Positions 19,222-28,536 of a stretch of 64,000 nucleotides of DNA are shown here, in pieces. The position numbers were made by a program, and so were the translations under genes. Each line of letters starts with the position of its first letter. Position 1 is the stretch's first letter. Below the pieces are notes generated by a model, which did no database searches, was not told where the DNA came from, and saw only the letters and a list, made by a program, of their open reading frames with translations. Origin of the DNA: an uncultured Spirochaetota bacterium. GTDB lineage: Bacteria; Spirochaetota; Brevinematia; Brevinematales; JAOACQ01. The stretch is from contig CAWIGG010000002.1 of NCBI GenBank assembly GCA_963835575.1, forward strand, positions 352,001 to 416,000. The letters are read 5' to 3'.

Positions 19222-20331
19222 TTACAGACAGCCGGGGAACTGAACGCCCGAATTGGCCCCAGTCCCGTTATCCGTACTGCCAATGGTAAAACTGACCGAG
19301 TTGCCCTGTATGTCCGTTAAAACGCATGTTTTTCCTGCGGCGGCGCTGCCGGCGTCCCAATAAGCGTATTGGCTGCGCGTGCACACATAACCGTTTATTG
19401 TCACGGACTGGACCGGGGAGATTGTGTTTTCGAAATAAAGCTGGCCGGAATAGCCGTTGTTGAAATGAAAAATAATATTGCCCGTCACAGGGCAGGGCAC
19501 AAATTTCCAGGTTGTTCCCGTAACATCCTCGGATGAATAGCCGAGGGCCGCATAGGCAGAAGCGCTTAAATCAATATGTCCGGCGGTGGAGCATGTAACA
19601 CATTCATCAACAATGGTTGCGGTTATTGTGCTGCTTCCATGAGTGATTTCGACGCATTCTCCGCCATGATTGATCCAGCCGGACATGGCAGCTGAAATAG
19701 CGGCGAAATAATTGGTATAGGCTATATAATTTATGGTATCGACCGGGTAGGACGGCGTATTTGAACATAAGGTTACTTTATTAGTCGTTTCGGTTCCGCA
19801 ATAACCGAAGAATGTCTTATAGCTCGGACAGCCGCTGCCCGTGGCCGTCCCCTGCCCGAAATAATAGGCTGTAAATTCTCCTGTGCCCGCGGCCGGCGAC
19901 CCCGGAAAGGAGCATGCTGTAGCGGTACTGCTGGAACTTGGAACACTGCTGCTAAAGCTGATGCTGCTCATCGAACTGCTGGTAATTAGGCTGCTGGCCC
20001 CGCTGCTGACACTGCCGGAGCTGAGAATACTGCTGACAGCGCTGCTGCTAATGCTGACACTGGCTGTAGAACTGCTGATAATGAGACTGCTGCTGTTTCC
20101 AGAACTGCTGATACTGCCGGCACTCCCGATAGAACTGCTGCCGGTACTGATTATACTGCTGTTAAGGCTGCTGCTGACGCCGGTTGAACTGCCTGCGCTA
20201 TTGCTGACAACACTGCTGTTATGATTGTCATTGTTGTTATTATTATTGCCATTCCCGGGCGTATAAGAACAATACGAAAAAAAGACCGCTAAAATAATAA
20301 AAAACAGAGAAAAACATGCCGTTCTTTTCAT
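19222..20331 (-). CDS. expansin-like lipoprotein with Ser-rich linker, paralog 2
   Basis: FSYC lipobox, poly-Ser, GECVEIT...ATIVDECVTC..GHIDLS..AY, WKFVPCP. Confidence 0.75.
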   Translation of the reverse strand: MKRTACFSLFFIILAVFFSYCSYTPGNGNNNNNNDNHNSSVVSNSAGSSTGVSSSLNSSIISTGSSSIGSAGSISSSGNSSSLIISSSTASVSISSSAVSSILSSGSVSSGASSLITSSSMSSISFSSSVPSSSSTATACSFPGSPAAGTGEFTAYYFGQGTATGSGCPSYKTFFGYCGTETTNKVTLCSNTPSYPVDTINYIAYTNYFAAISAAMSGWINHGGECVEITHGSSTITATIVDECVTCSTAGHIDLSASAYAALGYSSEDVTGTTWKFVPCPVTGNIIFHFNNGYSGQLYFENTISPVQSVTINGYVCTRSQYAYWDAGSAAAGKTCVLTDIQGNSVSFTIGSTDNGTGANSGVQFPGCL

Positions 20332-20376
20332 AAATACCGCCTTTTTTATTATAATTTTAGAAAATTTTTATTCATA

Positions 20377-20405
20377 AAAATATCACTTCAGGATACTTTT
20401 GTCAA
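20377..20405 (-). promoter_or_regulatory. sigma70-like promoter of expansin paralog 2
   Basis: TTGACA-17 bp-TATTTT, homologous to 18849-18877. Confidence 0.55.
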
Positions 20406-20653
20406 GTAATCGGGAATAAGCAGTATCAAAAACTGATTATAGAAAATAGAATGACTTATATGGTCTCAAAGCCGGCCATTTTTCTCAATTTGCGTTCCGG
20501 CTGACAGTTTATGCCGGTTTTTTAGACATAATGTTTTTCTGGTTCTGCGATACGGTATTTAAAAAAATGAAAGGCGGGGATTTAACTCATGAAAATGCTT
20601 AAAAATATTGATAATAAAAGATTGATGATTTAGAATAGATATTGTGGAATTTT

Positions 20654-20890
20654 ATGAAAACAACCAGATATTTTGATGAACAGGTTTTGAGAAAACGTCC
20701 GTATATCAGGCTTGAATGGTGTGAGGAAGCAGTCCGGCAGGCGTATTATAAAAAAAAACAGGCAGATGGGCGTATCCGATTCTGGATATATATTCCTGAC
20801 CTGGGAAAATATTTGAGAGTGATTACTCTGGAAGACGGCGAGACAATACATAACGCCTTTCCGGATAGGGATTTTAACCCGGAGGTTTAA
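20654..20890 (+). CDS. putative RelE/BrnT-like toxin
   Basis: 79 aa, QADGRIRFW...YLRVITLEDGETIHNAFPDR; abuts a DUF2283 gene. Confidence 0.6.
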   Translation: MKTTRYFDEQVLRKRPYIRLEWCEEAVRQAYYKKKQADGRIRFWIYIPDLGKYLRVITLEDGETIHNAFPDRDFNPEV

Positions 20891-21112
20891 ATGAAGTTTT
20901 ATTATTATCAGGATACGGATTCTTTATATATCGATCTATCTGAAAAAACAAGCGTGGATTCCCGGGAGGTCACTCCTGATGTAATCCTTGATTTTGACGC
21001 GGATAATGAGCTTGTGGGAATCGATGTCCAGCATGCCAGCCGCGTCGCAGATCTGGCGCATCTTGAAACAAAGAATATTCCTTTTGTGGAGACCCTTCAT
21101 TCTATCGGATAG
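20891..21112 (+). CDS. DUF2283 family protein (putative antitoxin)
   Basis: YY.DTDSLYI.L...S.EV..DVILDFD....LVGIDV..AS. Confidence 0.8.
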   Translation: MKFYYYQDTDSLYIDLSEKTSVDSREVTPDVILDFDADNELVGIDVQHASRVADLAHLETKNIPFVETLHSIG

Positions 21113-21164
21113 CGGTTCATTATTGATCTCACAGGCCATCGGTCGTAATGCAATGGCTTCTATC

Positions 21165-21305
21165 AAAGGCGGCGAGAGGCGCGCTTCATTCGAAACGCCG
21201 CCTTTTGGCATGGCGCTTTATTTGGTGACAAAAGCTTTCGTCAAAGGCGACAATGGCCATTGTCGCCTTTGAACAGGACGCGCCGCATTCGAACCGCGGT
21301 CTTTA
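21165..21305. repeat. cluster of REP-like palindromes
   Basis: aaaggcggcg/cgccgccttt (21165-21205); perfect 32-bp palindrome tcaaaggcgacaatggccattgtcgcctttga (21241-21272); repeated cattcgaa core. Confidence 0.75.
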
Positions 21306-21466
21306 AAAGAAAGCCTTTATCAATCCCGGAAGCCGGCGGGTATGAATCATTCCTTCCATTCTTTGTCAATAAAAAGAAATTTGTCTTCTTCAAGCTCATG
21401 TTCAATAGCCTGTTTTTGAATATAAACTATATGATTGAACATATCCTTTTCGCTTTTAATCAAATG

Positions 21467-23141
21467 TTGCCTGTCGGTTTTTATAACATGCTTCATGGAC
21501 ATACGGCAGGGTTCCCGTTAAAATAAAACGGGAGAAAAAGATGGCAAGATTTGAAAAGAACAGCCTGGAGCAGGGTGAGTTCCTCGCGATCAATATAGGC
21601 GAGCAGTTTGATGAGAATTCCAGAGAATTTATACTAAAAGAATTCATCAAAAACCGTATTAAACTGGAGGATTTCGCGGCTTACTATAAGAACGACCATA
21701 GAGGCAGAGAGATTAAAAATCCTCGGGATGTGATCTGTGCGGTACTCTACGGTTACATTACGGGAAATCGTATCAGCCGAAAGATAGAAGATTTGCTGAA
21801 AAAACACATTGGGTTTATGTATGTTTCAAACCGGCTGAAAATTGACCATTCGGTAATTTGCGAGTTCAAGGTACTTTTTCAGGAAAAGATCGAGGAGTTG
21901 TTCAGCCAGCTTTTATATATACTCAACGAAATGGGGTCTATAGATTGGGACATGGTAGTGGGTGACGGCACAAAGATCAAGGCCTACGCGAGTAAGAATA
22001 AGAATGTGGGAAAGAAACATACCCGGAAGCTGATGGACACTTACCAGAAGATGGCGGAAAAGATTGTGAAACAAGACCTGGAACTGGAAGAATCTTACCG
22101 GGAAGGCAAGCTGGAGCAGCCTTATTACGAAGCGGAGAAGAAGCGGGTATCAAGGCGGAAAAAGATTTACGATAGTGTTTTGAACCAAATCGATGAATAC
22201 AAAAAACAGGTAGAGAGAGGGGAAAAGACAGACGAAGAATTCACCAACCTGACTGATCCCGAAAGCAAGCTGATGTCTGGAAATCCGCATAGTGTGTTTA
22301 TACAGGGATATAATTCGGCGATGATGGTCAGTAATAATGATGTGATTATAGATTTTGAAGCAATCACAACACCGGAAAAACAGCATACGGAAGAAATGGT
22401 AAAGAGGGTGGAACAGAAAAAAGCGGAATTAAAAGTTGATAAGGCTAGCAAATACCTTTTTGATTCGGGTTTTCAGGACATGGAAGAGACAATCCGGATG
22501 GTGGAGGAAGGAAAAGACCTTTATGTGGATACGAAAGAGCGGGATTTCAGTGATAAATCACAGAAGCGAAGAGACTTTAAACTGGAAAAGATTGATGACG
22601 AATATATCCTGGGATGCCGGGGCGGCCGTAAGGAAAATGGGTATTTAGATCGAAATAACCAAAGATATACATTTTTGTATTCACGGAAGGGCTGTGAAAG
22701 ATGTCCATTTTTCAGTGAGTGTTATAAAAACATCAAACCGAAAACACAGCAAAAGACAGTAATTTTCAGTGAGTTTGAATTGAATAATCGGTCTAAGATT
22801 GATGCTTATTTAACAAAACTTTACAGCGAAGAAGGGCAAAAGATATACAACCGCAGGATAGGTAAAGAACACGTATTTTCAAACATCAAAACACAGAAGG
22901 GTTATGTTCAGACAGTTTACAGAGGTCAACGGAAAGTGAATTTGGAGCTATGCTGGGTATCCCTTGCGCATAATTTTATGAAATATGCCCAATATTTGAG
23001 AAAATAGAGAGGATTTTGTATAGTCTGAGTATCGATTATTCGAAATTTATTATTAAAATCAGCTAAGCTGACAAAATTTTTATTTGCCCGCTTATTGTAA
23101 GGGGCTGGTTTGACTCCGAAAATGAAATAACCGACAGGCAA
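21467..23141 (+). mobile_element. IS1182-family insertion sequence
   Basis: 13-bp perfect IR ttgcctgtcggtt / aaccgacaggcaa; 4-bp TSD aatg (21463-21466, 23142-23145). Confidence 0.85.
21541..23007 (+). CDS. IS1182-family transposase
   Basis: DUF772-like N-terminus (LYGY.TG.RISRKIE), DGTKIKAYAS, NLTDPESKLM, QGYN, DSGF, CERCPF..EC, EHVFSNIK. Confidence 0.88.
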   Translation: MARFEKNSLEQGEFLAINIGEQFDENSREFILKEFIKNRIKLEDFAAYYKNDHRGREIKNPRDVICAVLYGYITGNRISRKIEDLLKKHIGFMYVSNRLKIDHSVICEFKVLFQEKIEELFSQLLYILNEMGSIDWDMVVGDGTKIKAYASKNKNVGKKHTRKLMDTYQKMAEKIVKQDLELEESYREGKLEQPYYEAEKKRVSRRKKIYDSVLNQIDEYKKQVERGEKTDEEFTNLTDPESKLMSGNPHSVFIQGYNSAMMVSNNDVIIDFEAITTPEKQHTEEMVKRVEQKKAELKVDKASKYLFDSGFQDMEETIRMVEEGKDLYVDTKERDFSDKSQKRRDFKLEKIDDEYILGCRGGRKENGYLDRNNQRYTFLYSRKGCERCPFFSECYKNIKPKTQQKTVIFSEFELNNRSKIDAYLTKLYSEEGQKIYNRRIGKEHVFSNIKTQKGYVQTVYRGQRKVNLELCWVSLAHNFMKYAQYLRK

Positions 23142-23252
23142 AATGGTAATGAAAAGATTTCTGCCATTTAAAGATGGGGTAAGGGTGATTTTCACCATAT
23201 TTTGCAATGAATTGGGATTTAAAGCTTTCGGTTTTTAAGGCAATTTGTTCAT

Positions 23253-23280
23253 AAAGGCGATAATGGCCATTGTCACCTTT
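23253..23280. repeat. second copy of REP-like palindrome
   Basis: aaaggcgataatggccattgtcaccttt, 2 mismatches to the 21243-21270 copy. Confidence 0.75.
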
Positions 23281-23297
23281 GGACATGGGCGGCGCCG

Positions 23298-25208
23298 TTA
23301 AAAGTTCGTAAAATTCCCGGGCGTGTTATGGTTCATTTTGCCGGTGTCGAAATAATTGTTGGAACTGCCGGTATTGGTAGCCACACCATAATTGGTGTTA
23401 TATGAGATGGTTCCGAGAATCGTATTAAAGCTTGATTGGGCAAAATCAAACCCGCCGCCATTGCCGCTTGCCGTATTACCGGACACCGTATTGCTAATCG
23501 TGTTATAGCTTGAAGAATCGAGATAGAGCCCTCCGCCCCAGGCTGCCGTATTACCGGACACCGCGCCGCTTACCGTGTTGTAGCTTGAAGAGTAGAGATA
23601 GAGCCCTCCGCCGGAGCTGTTAGTTGCCGTATTACCGGACACCGTGCCGCTTATCGTGTTAGAGCTTGAAGAGTAGAGATAGAGCCCTCCGCCGGTGCTG
23701 TTAGTTGCCGTATTACCGGACACCGTGCCGCTCACCGTGTTGCCGCTTGAAGCGGTGAAATAGAGCCCGCCGGCACTGTTTGCCGTATTGCCGGACACCG
23801 TGCCGCTCACCGTGTTGCCGCCTGAAGCGGTGAAATAGAACCCGCCAGCGAAATTGAGGGCTTCATTATTATTAATTACTGCGTTAATGCTATTATTGGA
23901 GCAGACGGTCATATAAACCCCGCCGCCTGAGTTCGCAGTATTACCGGAGATCACCGCGCTGGAGGAAATGATATTGTCCGAGCTGTATTCGATATAAATC
24001 CCGCCGCCGTTTGTTGCGGCTGAATTATTACCGACGCTGCCGTTGATGATATTGCCGGAAGAGAAGCCGGATATATAAATTCCACCGCCGCTGTCTCCGG
24101 CATCGTTCCAGGCCACTGTGGAATTTATAACATTATTGTGTGAGGAATTAATCCAAATTCCGCCGCCAGTAGTCCCGGCGGTGTTCCAGGTTACAGAGGC
24201 GTTTACTGTTATAGAAGAAGCTGCTCCGGAAATTACTATTCCGCCGCCGTAGCCTGAACTGCGGTTGGAAACAATAGTGCCATTGATGATACTATAGCGG
24301 GCGCCGGAACTATTAATATTAATTCCAGAGCCATCACCGTTAGTATTGTTATTATTTCTGATTAAGGCATTAATGTTATTTGATATACCGTTAAAATTTA
24401 CGCCAGTAGTGTTACTTTCTATTATCAGATTGGATAAACTGATAAGCATTGTACCGCTTCCTGTAAATATTCCATTGCTGCCGTTTTTAATAGTAAAATT
24501 ATTTATATTCATATTAGTAACACCATTTATATGAATTACATCATTAGCAGAAGGGTTTTCATCTAATATACTTTTTCCGTTATTATTTTGGAAACCACTG
24601 CTCCAACCGCCGGAAATAGAAATATTGTTGTAAATTACTGGACCATTTTGTAATAAAACTCCTGCTCCGTTGGTATTTAATCCGCCGTTTACCACGGGGG
24701 AATAAGTGCCTTCCCCTACATAGACATAGCGGGTGCCGGTTAAATTTGTCAGGACATCCGCCCCCTTCTGAATGGACCGGAAGGCGTTGGTCGGGTGATT
24801 GCCCGCGTTCCCATCACTCCCGTTCGTCGCCACATAGGCCGGCACGTTGTATGTAAAGCTTTTTGTCTCTGCATCCTTCCCATCCGTTCCCTTGAGTATC
24901 AGCTTTACTGAATGCGGCCCGCAGGGCAGGCTTGTGAGCGGTATAGTCCAGTCCGGATATTTAAAGTTCACCGTATAGTTCGAGCCGTCGATCGAAGCGG
25001 TTAGATCACTGGTCTTAAGATATGATTTTATTGTGCCGGAAATGCTTCCCGTGCCCGGGCCGATCACATCGCCGTCCGCGCCGGTGAACTGTGCGCCGGA
25101 ATTCCCAACGCCGATTTTATCCGCAAAGTCCGGGTTGTAAAACAGCCCGCACGAAGCGGCGAAAAGCCCGGCTGTTATTATCGCGATGATAATTTTTGAC
25201 GGTTTCAT
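23298..25208 (-). CDS. right-handed parallel beta-helix repeat surface lipoprotein
   Basis: GGAGG RBS, FAASC lipobox, YVATNGSD...FRSIQ..AD, many GGG(I/L)Y..S..NTVSGTVSGNTA repeats. Confidence 0.8.
   Translation of the reverse strand: MKPSKIIIAIITAGLFAASCGLFYNPDFADKIGVGNSGAQFTGADGDVIGPGTGSISGTIKSYLKTSDLTASIDGSNYTVNFKYPDWTIPLTSLPCGPHSVKLILKGTDGKDAETKSFTYNVPAYVATNGSDGNAGNHPTNAFRSIQKGADVLTNLTGTRYVYVGEGTYSPVVNGGLNTNGAGVLLQNGPVIYNNISISGGWSSGFQNNNGKSILDENPSANDVIHINGVTNMNINNFTIKNGSNGIFTGSGTMLISLSNLIIESNTTGVNFNGISNNINALIRNNNNTNGDGSGININSSGARYSIINGTIVSNRSSGYGGGIVISGAASSITVNASVTWNTAGTTGGGIWINSSHNNVINSTVAWNDAGDSGGGIYISGFSSGNIINGSVGNNSAATNGGGIYIEYSSDNIISSSAVISGNTANSGGGVYMTVCSNNSINAVINNNEALNFAGGFYFTASGGNTVSGTVSGNTANSAGGLYFTASSGNTVSGTVSGNTATNSTGGGLYLYSSSSNTISGTVSGNTATNSSGGGLYLYSSSYNTVSGAVSGNTAAWGGGLYLDSSSYNTISNTVSGNTASGNGGGFDFAQSSFNTILGTISYNTNYGVATNTGSSNNYFDTGKMNHNTPGNFTNF
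23470..23850. repeat. intragenic tandem repeats of 75-81 bp
   Basis: gccgtatt(a/g)ccggacaccg recurs at 23470, 23545, 23626, 23707, 23782. Confidence 0.85.
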
Positions 25209-25246
25209 AATTCCTCCAGAGATACTACTTAATAAAGAATTATACC

Positions 25247-25768
25247 AGCCACAGAATTTCACAGAAAATCACAGATTTAAACGTATGTCCATAAAACAAT
25301 TCTTATGATTGGCAGTTCAGTGTATTTCTGTGTGATTCTGCGGCTAACCCGATTTTCCAATAGAAATTTCCAGAATTAAAATATTAGCCTTTTAAATTCA
25401 CACTTCATTCTTCCGAAATTTAATAATAATCCAATTCTTACACCTGTAGCTTTTAAATAGTTTAACAATTGAGCTTCGTGGATTTTATTATAATATTCTT
25501 CGGTCTTAATTTCTATGATAACTTTTTTTTCAATAAATAGATCGGCAAAATAATCGCCGACAATTTTATTCTTGTATTTCACTCTTATTGGATATTCTTC
25601 CTCTGTTTGAATATTCTTCAGTTTTAATTCATAAATCAGGCTTTTTTTATATATTTTCTCTAAAAATCCATATCCCAATATTTTATATACTTCAAAAGCG
25701 GTTCCAATGATTTTTTCTGTCAACTCTGGATATAAAAATTCCGTGCTTTTCTGTGTCATTCTGTGGCT
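25247..25768 (-). mobile_element. GxxExxY gene cassette bounded by inverted triad repeats
   Basis: Left end agccacagaatttcacagaaaatcacagat (25247-25276); internal inverted copy 25316-25345; right end attccgtgcttttctgtgtcattctgtggct (25738-25768). Confidence 0.6.
25376..25759 (-). CDS. GxxExxY protein (PD-(D/E)XK nuclease-like)
   Basis: LGYGFLEKIY, YFADLFIEKKVIIEIK, AQLLNYLKATG...GLLLNFG. Confidence 0.92.
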   Translation of the reverse strand: MTQKSTEFLYPELTEKIIGTAFEVYKILGYGFLEKIYKKSLIYELKLKNIQTEEEYPIRVKYKNKIVGDYFADLFIEKKVIIEIKTEEYYNKIHEAQLLNYLKATGVRIGLLLNFGRMKCEFKRLIF

Positions 25769-25794
25769 CCAAAAAAATCAAATAAAGCGGACGA

Positions 25795-27210
25795 TTAAAA
25801 CTTCACACCCAGCGACGGGGAGACAAAAATCGATCCCGCCATGAAATCCCAGTTGACTCCCAGCTTGAACGTCAGCCACTTCCATTCAAAAGAGCCGAAA
25901 ACGCCCGCGGCGTAGCTGAAGGGCGTGACGGTTGTCCTGTTGACATAATCGGGGTTGATCTGGTCGAAGACATCGGAGGGCAGGTACTGGAAGTAGAGGA
26001 GCGAAACCCCGGCCCCAACCCTGATATCGGCGGTCATATCGCCGTAAAAGTAATAGCCGGCGTCCACATAAGGAGAAATATTATAAATGCTTTTGTTAAA
26101 AGCGGGCGAGCTCATAAAGGAAAGGCCGCAGCCCAGCTCGACCCAGATGTAGCGCTCCGGGAAGTACAATCCGGCCAGGCCGAAAAAGCTGCTGCCCAGG
26201 ATATAGGTTTTAATATGGAAAGGGCCGCCCCATTTTTCCTCGGGCGTTACGTGGATCGTCGCGCCGTCGCTGACGTTGAACGTCTGATCAAAAACGGTGT
26301 TTTTATCCTGATCGATCACCTTGATGGTGTGGTCCTTCAGGGCGTTCATATCCTCAAAAAGCCTGCCCTCGCTCGAAATCTCGCCGTCGACAAAAAGCAC
26401 ATAGCTCTTGCCGCGCGCCTTGTATTTCAGAGCGTCGACGATCACCGAGCCGGTGGCGAAGTATTTGACGGAGATGTTCTGGTTGACGCCCAGCGTCTGG
26501 GTCGAGTTATAGACCTGCCTGTTGTCCCTTTCCCTGACAAGGCTGATGGTATAAGTCTGGTTTCCCAGCACCCGAAGGCTTTTTTTAAAGCTGGAGTTTG
26601 TGATCGTCTCGATCAGTTTATTGTTAATGAAAATATCATATTTTTCTATCCCTGTTTTGACGTCAAAATCTATCCTGGCAAGCGAAAAGTCGATCTTGAG
26701 GACGCCTTCTATCACGTTTTTCAGGATTGAGTCTATCGTATCGAAAATCTCCATGTCCGTGGTCGTTTCATAAGATTTAGTGAAGACATTAGCGTTCTTT
26801 TCTTTGGACCATACCCCGATGCGCAGGATGATGGTTTCGGGGCTTTTCTGCTTGATGTCATAATCGCCGTAAAGGATATAGTCCGCGTCATAGACCACCT
26901 TGGGGGCCAGTTCGGGCTTGACGCGCTCCCATTTGGCCAGGACGGGTGAAAGCCAGAAAAGGTCGTTCAGCTTTTTATCGTCAGGTACGTCCAGCGACGA
27001 AAGGATCCGCATAAAGTTGTAAAGCGACCTGAAAATGACGATCTGAAAGGAATCGGCTTTTTTGCTGTAAATGTTCTCTATCGGCAGGATATAGAATTTG
27101 GCCGCCTGAGAAACGGAAGCCAGACTGTTGTTTGTCAGGGCCTGGTTTGTCTCGGAAAACAAAAACCCCGCGCTTAAAATAAGTATCAAAACAATGCCAT
27201 AAAGCTTCAT
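25795..27210 (-). CDS. hypothetical exported protein, probable C-terminal outer-membrane beta-barrel
   Basis: Signal peptide; alternating aromatic beta-strands ending SLGVKF. Confidence 0.55.
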   Translation of the reverse strand: MKLYGIVLILILSAGFLFSETNQALTNNSLASVSQAAKFYILPIENIYSKKADSFQIVIFRSLYNFMRILSSLDVPDDKKLNDLFWLSPVLAKWERVKPELAPKVVYDADYILYGDYDIKQKSPETIILRIGVWSKEKNANVFTKSYETTTDMEIFDTIDSILKNVIEGVLKIDFSLARIDFDVKTGIEKYDIFINNKLIETITNSSFKKSLRVLGNQTYTISLVRERDNRQVYNSTQTLGVNQNISVKYFATGSVIVDALKYKARGKSYVLFVDGEISSEGRLFEDMNALKDHTIKVIDQDKNTVFDQTFNVSDGATIHVTPEEKWGGPFHIKTYILGSSFFGLAGLYFPERYIWVELGCGLSFMSSPAFNKSIYNISPYVDAGYYFYGDMTADIRVGAGVSLLYFQYLPSDVFDQINPDYVNRTTVTPFSYAAGVFGSFEWKWLTFKLGVNWDFMAGSIFVSPSLGVKF

Positions 27211-27318
27211 AACGCCCCCATCTTTATATAATACCGTTAAAATATATTATAAAGCGAAATTTCAATAAAAAATATTTTTTGATTAGATATTATTAACCCT
27301 TAATATTCCAAATTAAAG

Positions 27319-27464
27319 CAGACTGTATGAAAAGTGAAAAAACGCTCCCTGAGTGTGTTCTCCTTGCTTTTACGCTTGTATCGAAGGGAGCTTTTGTTAA
27401 AGTTCCCTTCGATACAATTTGCCTTCGGCAAATCACTCAGGGAACGATCTTTTCATACATTCTG
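27319..27464. mobile_element. MITE-like element enclosing a REP doublet
   Basis: Ends cagactgtatgaaaa / ttttcatacattctg (same family as 3171-3269); internal ccctgagtg..ttgtatcgaaggga / tcccttcgatacaa..cactcaggg with a cTTCGg hairpin. Confidence 0.65.
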
Positions 27465-27637
27465 CTTTACAGGAATATTGATATAAATGAATCAAATAAC
27501 TTGAAAGTATATAAAATGAGTTGCGAACATTTTCCATATTAGACAATTTTACTCCCTTGCTTTAAAATAGAACCGTTTAATAAATGGAGGAGGAAGGTCC
27601 GGAAAAACGGCCCTCCTCAGCGCCCGGGAGGTTCGTA

Positions 27638-28504
27638 ATGATAATCAAAGAAACGGTTTTCGAAGGCTTTAAGAACTGCTTTGAGCTGACAGCCGGCGGT
27701 TTGAAAATGGTCGTTATGGCGGGCTTCGGGCCGAGGGTCCTTTATTTCGGGTCGGAAAGAACCGGCAATATCCTCTACGTGGAAAAAGACCCGATGCGCA
27801 AGACAAAAGGCTTCAGGCATTACGGCGGCCACCGTTTCTGGCTCGGGCCTGAAACCAAGCACACATCAAAGGCCGATAACCGGCCCTGCACCGTGGAAGA
27901 AAAAGACGGGACTTTAAAAGTCACGGCGTTAGACGCCGAATTTCATCTGGAAAAAAGCCTTCTGATAAAAGAAAAGAACGGGCGCTTTCGGGTGGAGCAT
28001 ATCCTCTTGAACAAAGGAAAGCTGTTATATGTCGCGTCGCTGTGGGGCCTGACATGCGTCCCGCCGGTGAAAAACAGCGTCATATTCTTTCCCTGGTCGA
28101 CGCTCGGGAACTGGAAGATGAACAAGATCATCTACTGGCAGAGATGGAGCCGGCAGAAGACGAATGTCAACAGCCGGCAGTATGTCCAGACTCCGGACCT
28201 CTTCCTTGTCAGGCCGACGGGAAAAGTGGGGAAAATAGGCAGCGCGGGATATGAAGGCTTTGTCGGCGTTACTCAGAATAATTACACATTCATCAAGAAG
28301 TTCGATTATGTTCCTTCGGCGCAATACCCCGACGACAACTGCGCCGTGGAAGTCTATACGAGCCGGTGGTTTTACGAACTGGAGACATTGAGCCCGCTCT
28401 ATACCGTGATTCCGGGCAGGCCTGTTTCGCACACGGAGGAATGGGTCCTGGCCGAAAAGGCGGTCAATCCCGAAAACGGCGATGAAGTAAGAAGTCTTTT
28501 GTAG
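27638..28504 (+). CDS. conserved hypothetical protein (DUF4380/mutarotase-like fold)
   Basis: GGGAGG RBS; FGPRV, YGGHRFWLGPE, YPD..C.VEVYT, ELETLSP, HTEEW. Confidence 0.6.
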   Translation: MIIKETVFEGFKNCFELTAGGLKMVVMAGFGPRVLYFGSERTGNILYVEKDPMRKTKGFRHYGGHRFWLGPETKHTSKADNRPCTVEEKDGTLKVTALDAEFHLEKSLLIKEKNGRFRVEHILLNKGKLLYVASLWGLTCVPPVKNSVIFFPWSTLGNWKMNKIIYWQRWSRQKTNVNSRQYVQTPDLFLVRPTGKVGKIGSAGYEGFVGVTQNNYTFIKKFDYVPSAQYPDDNCAVEVYTSRWFYELETLSPLYTVIPGRPVSHTEEWVLAEKAVNPENGDEVRSLL

Positions 28505-28536
28505 GATACTATCGTTTTTTGCAGAAAACTGAGTAA

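Larger units (their letters stand above)
21347..23286 (-). pseudogene. 5'-truncated REP-associated tyrosine transposase (RAYT)-like remnant split by IS1182
   Basis: Removing the IS and one TSD joins FKWQKSFHYH to LIKSEKDMFNHIVYIQKQAIEHEL in frame, resembling the RAYT WQxxFxDHIIR...YI motif; no HUH N-terminus present. Confidence 0.65.

Noticed and set aside
18473..20224. Leu-rich + strand ORFs (18473-18667, 19883-20224)
   Set aside because: Antisense shadows of the poly-Ser (AGC/AGT) linkers of the expansin-like genes
21260..21650. Short ORFs 21260-21526 (+) and 21456-21650 (-)
   Set aside because: Cross the IS1182 end or are antisense to the RAYT remnant or transposase
23460..23850. Regularly spaced repeats as possible CRISPR array
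   Set aside because: In-frame coding repeats with similar, non-unique spacers; no cas genes
27327..27542. 71-aa ORF
   Set aside because: Lies over the palindromic MITE/REP composite
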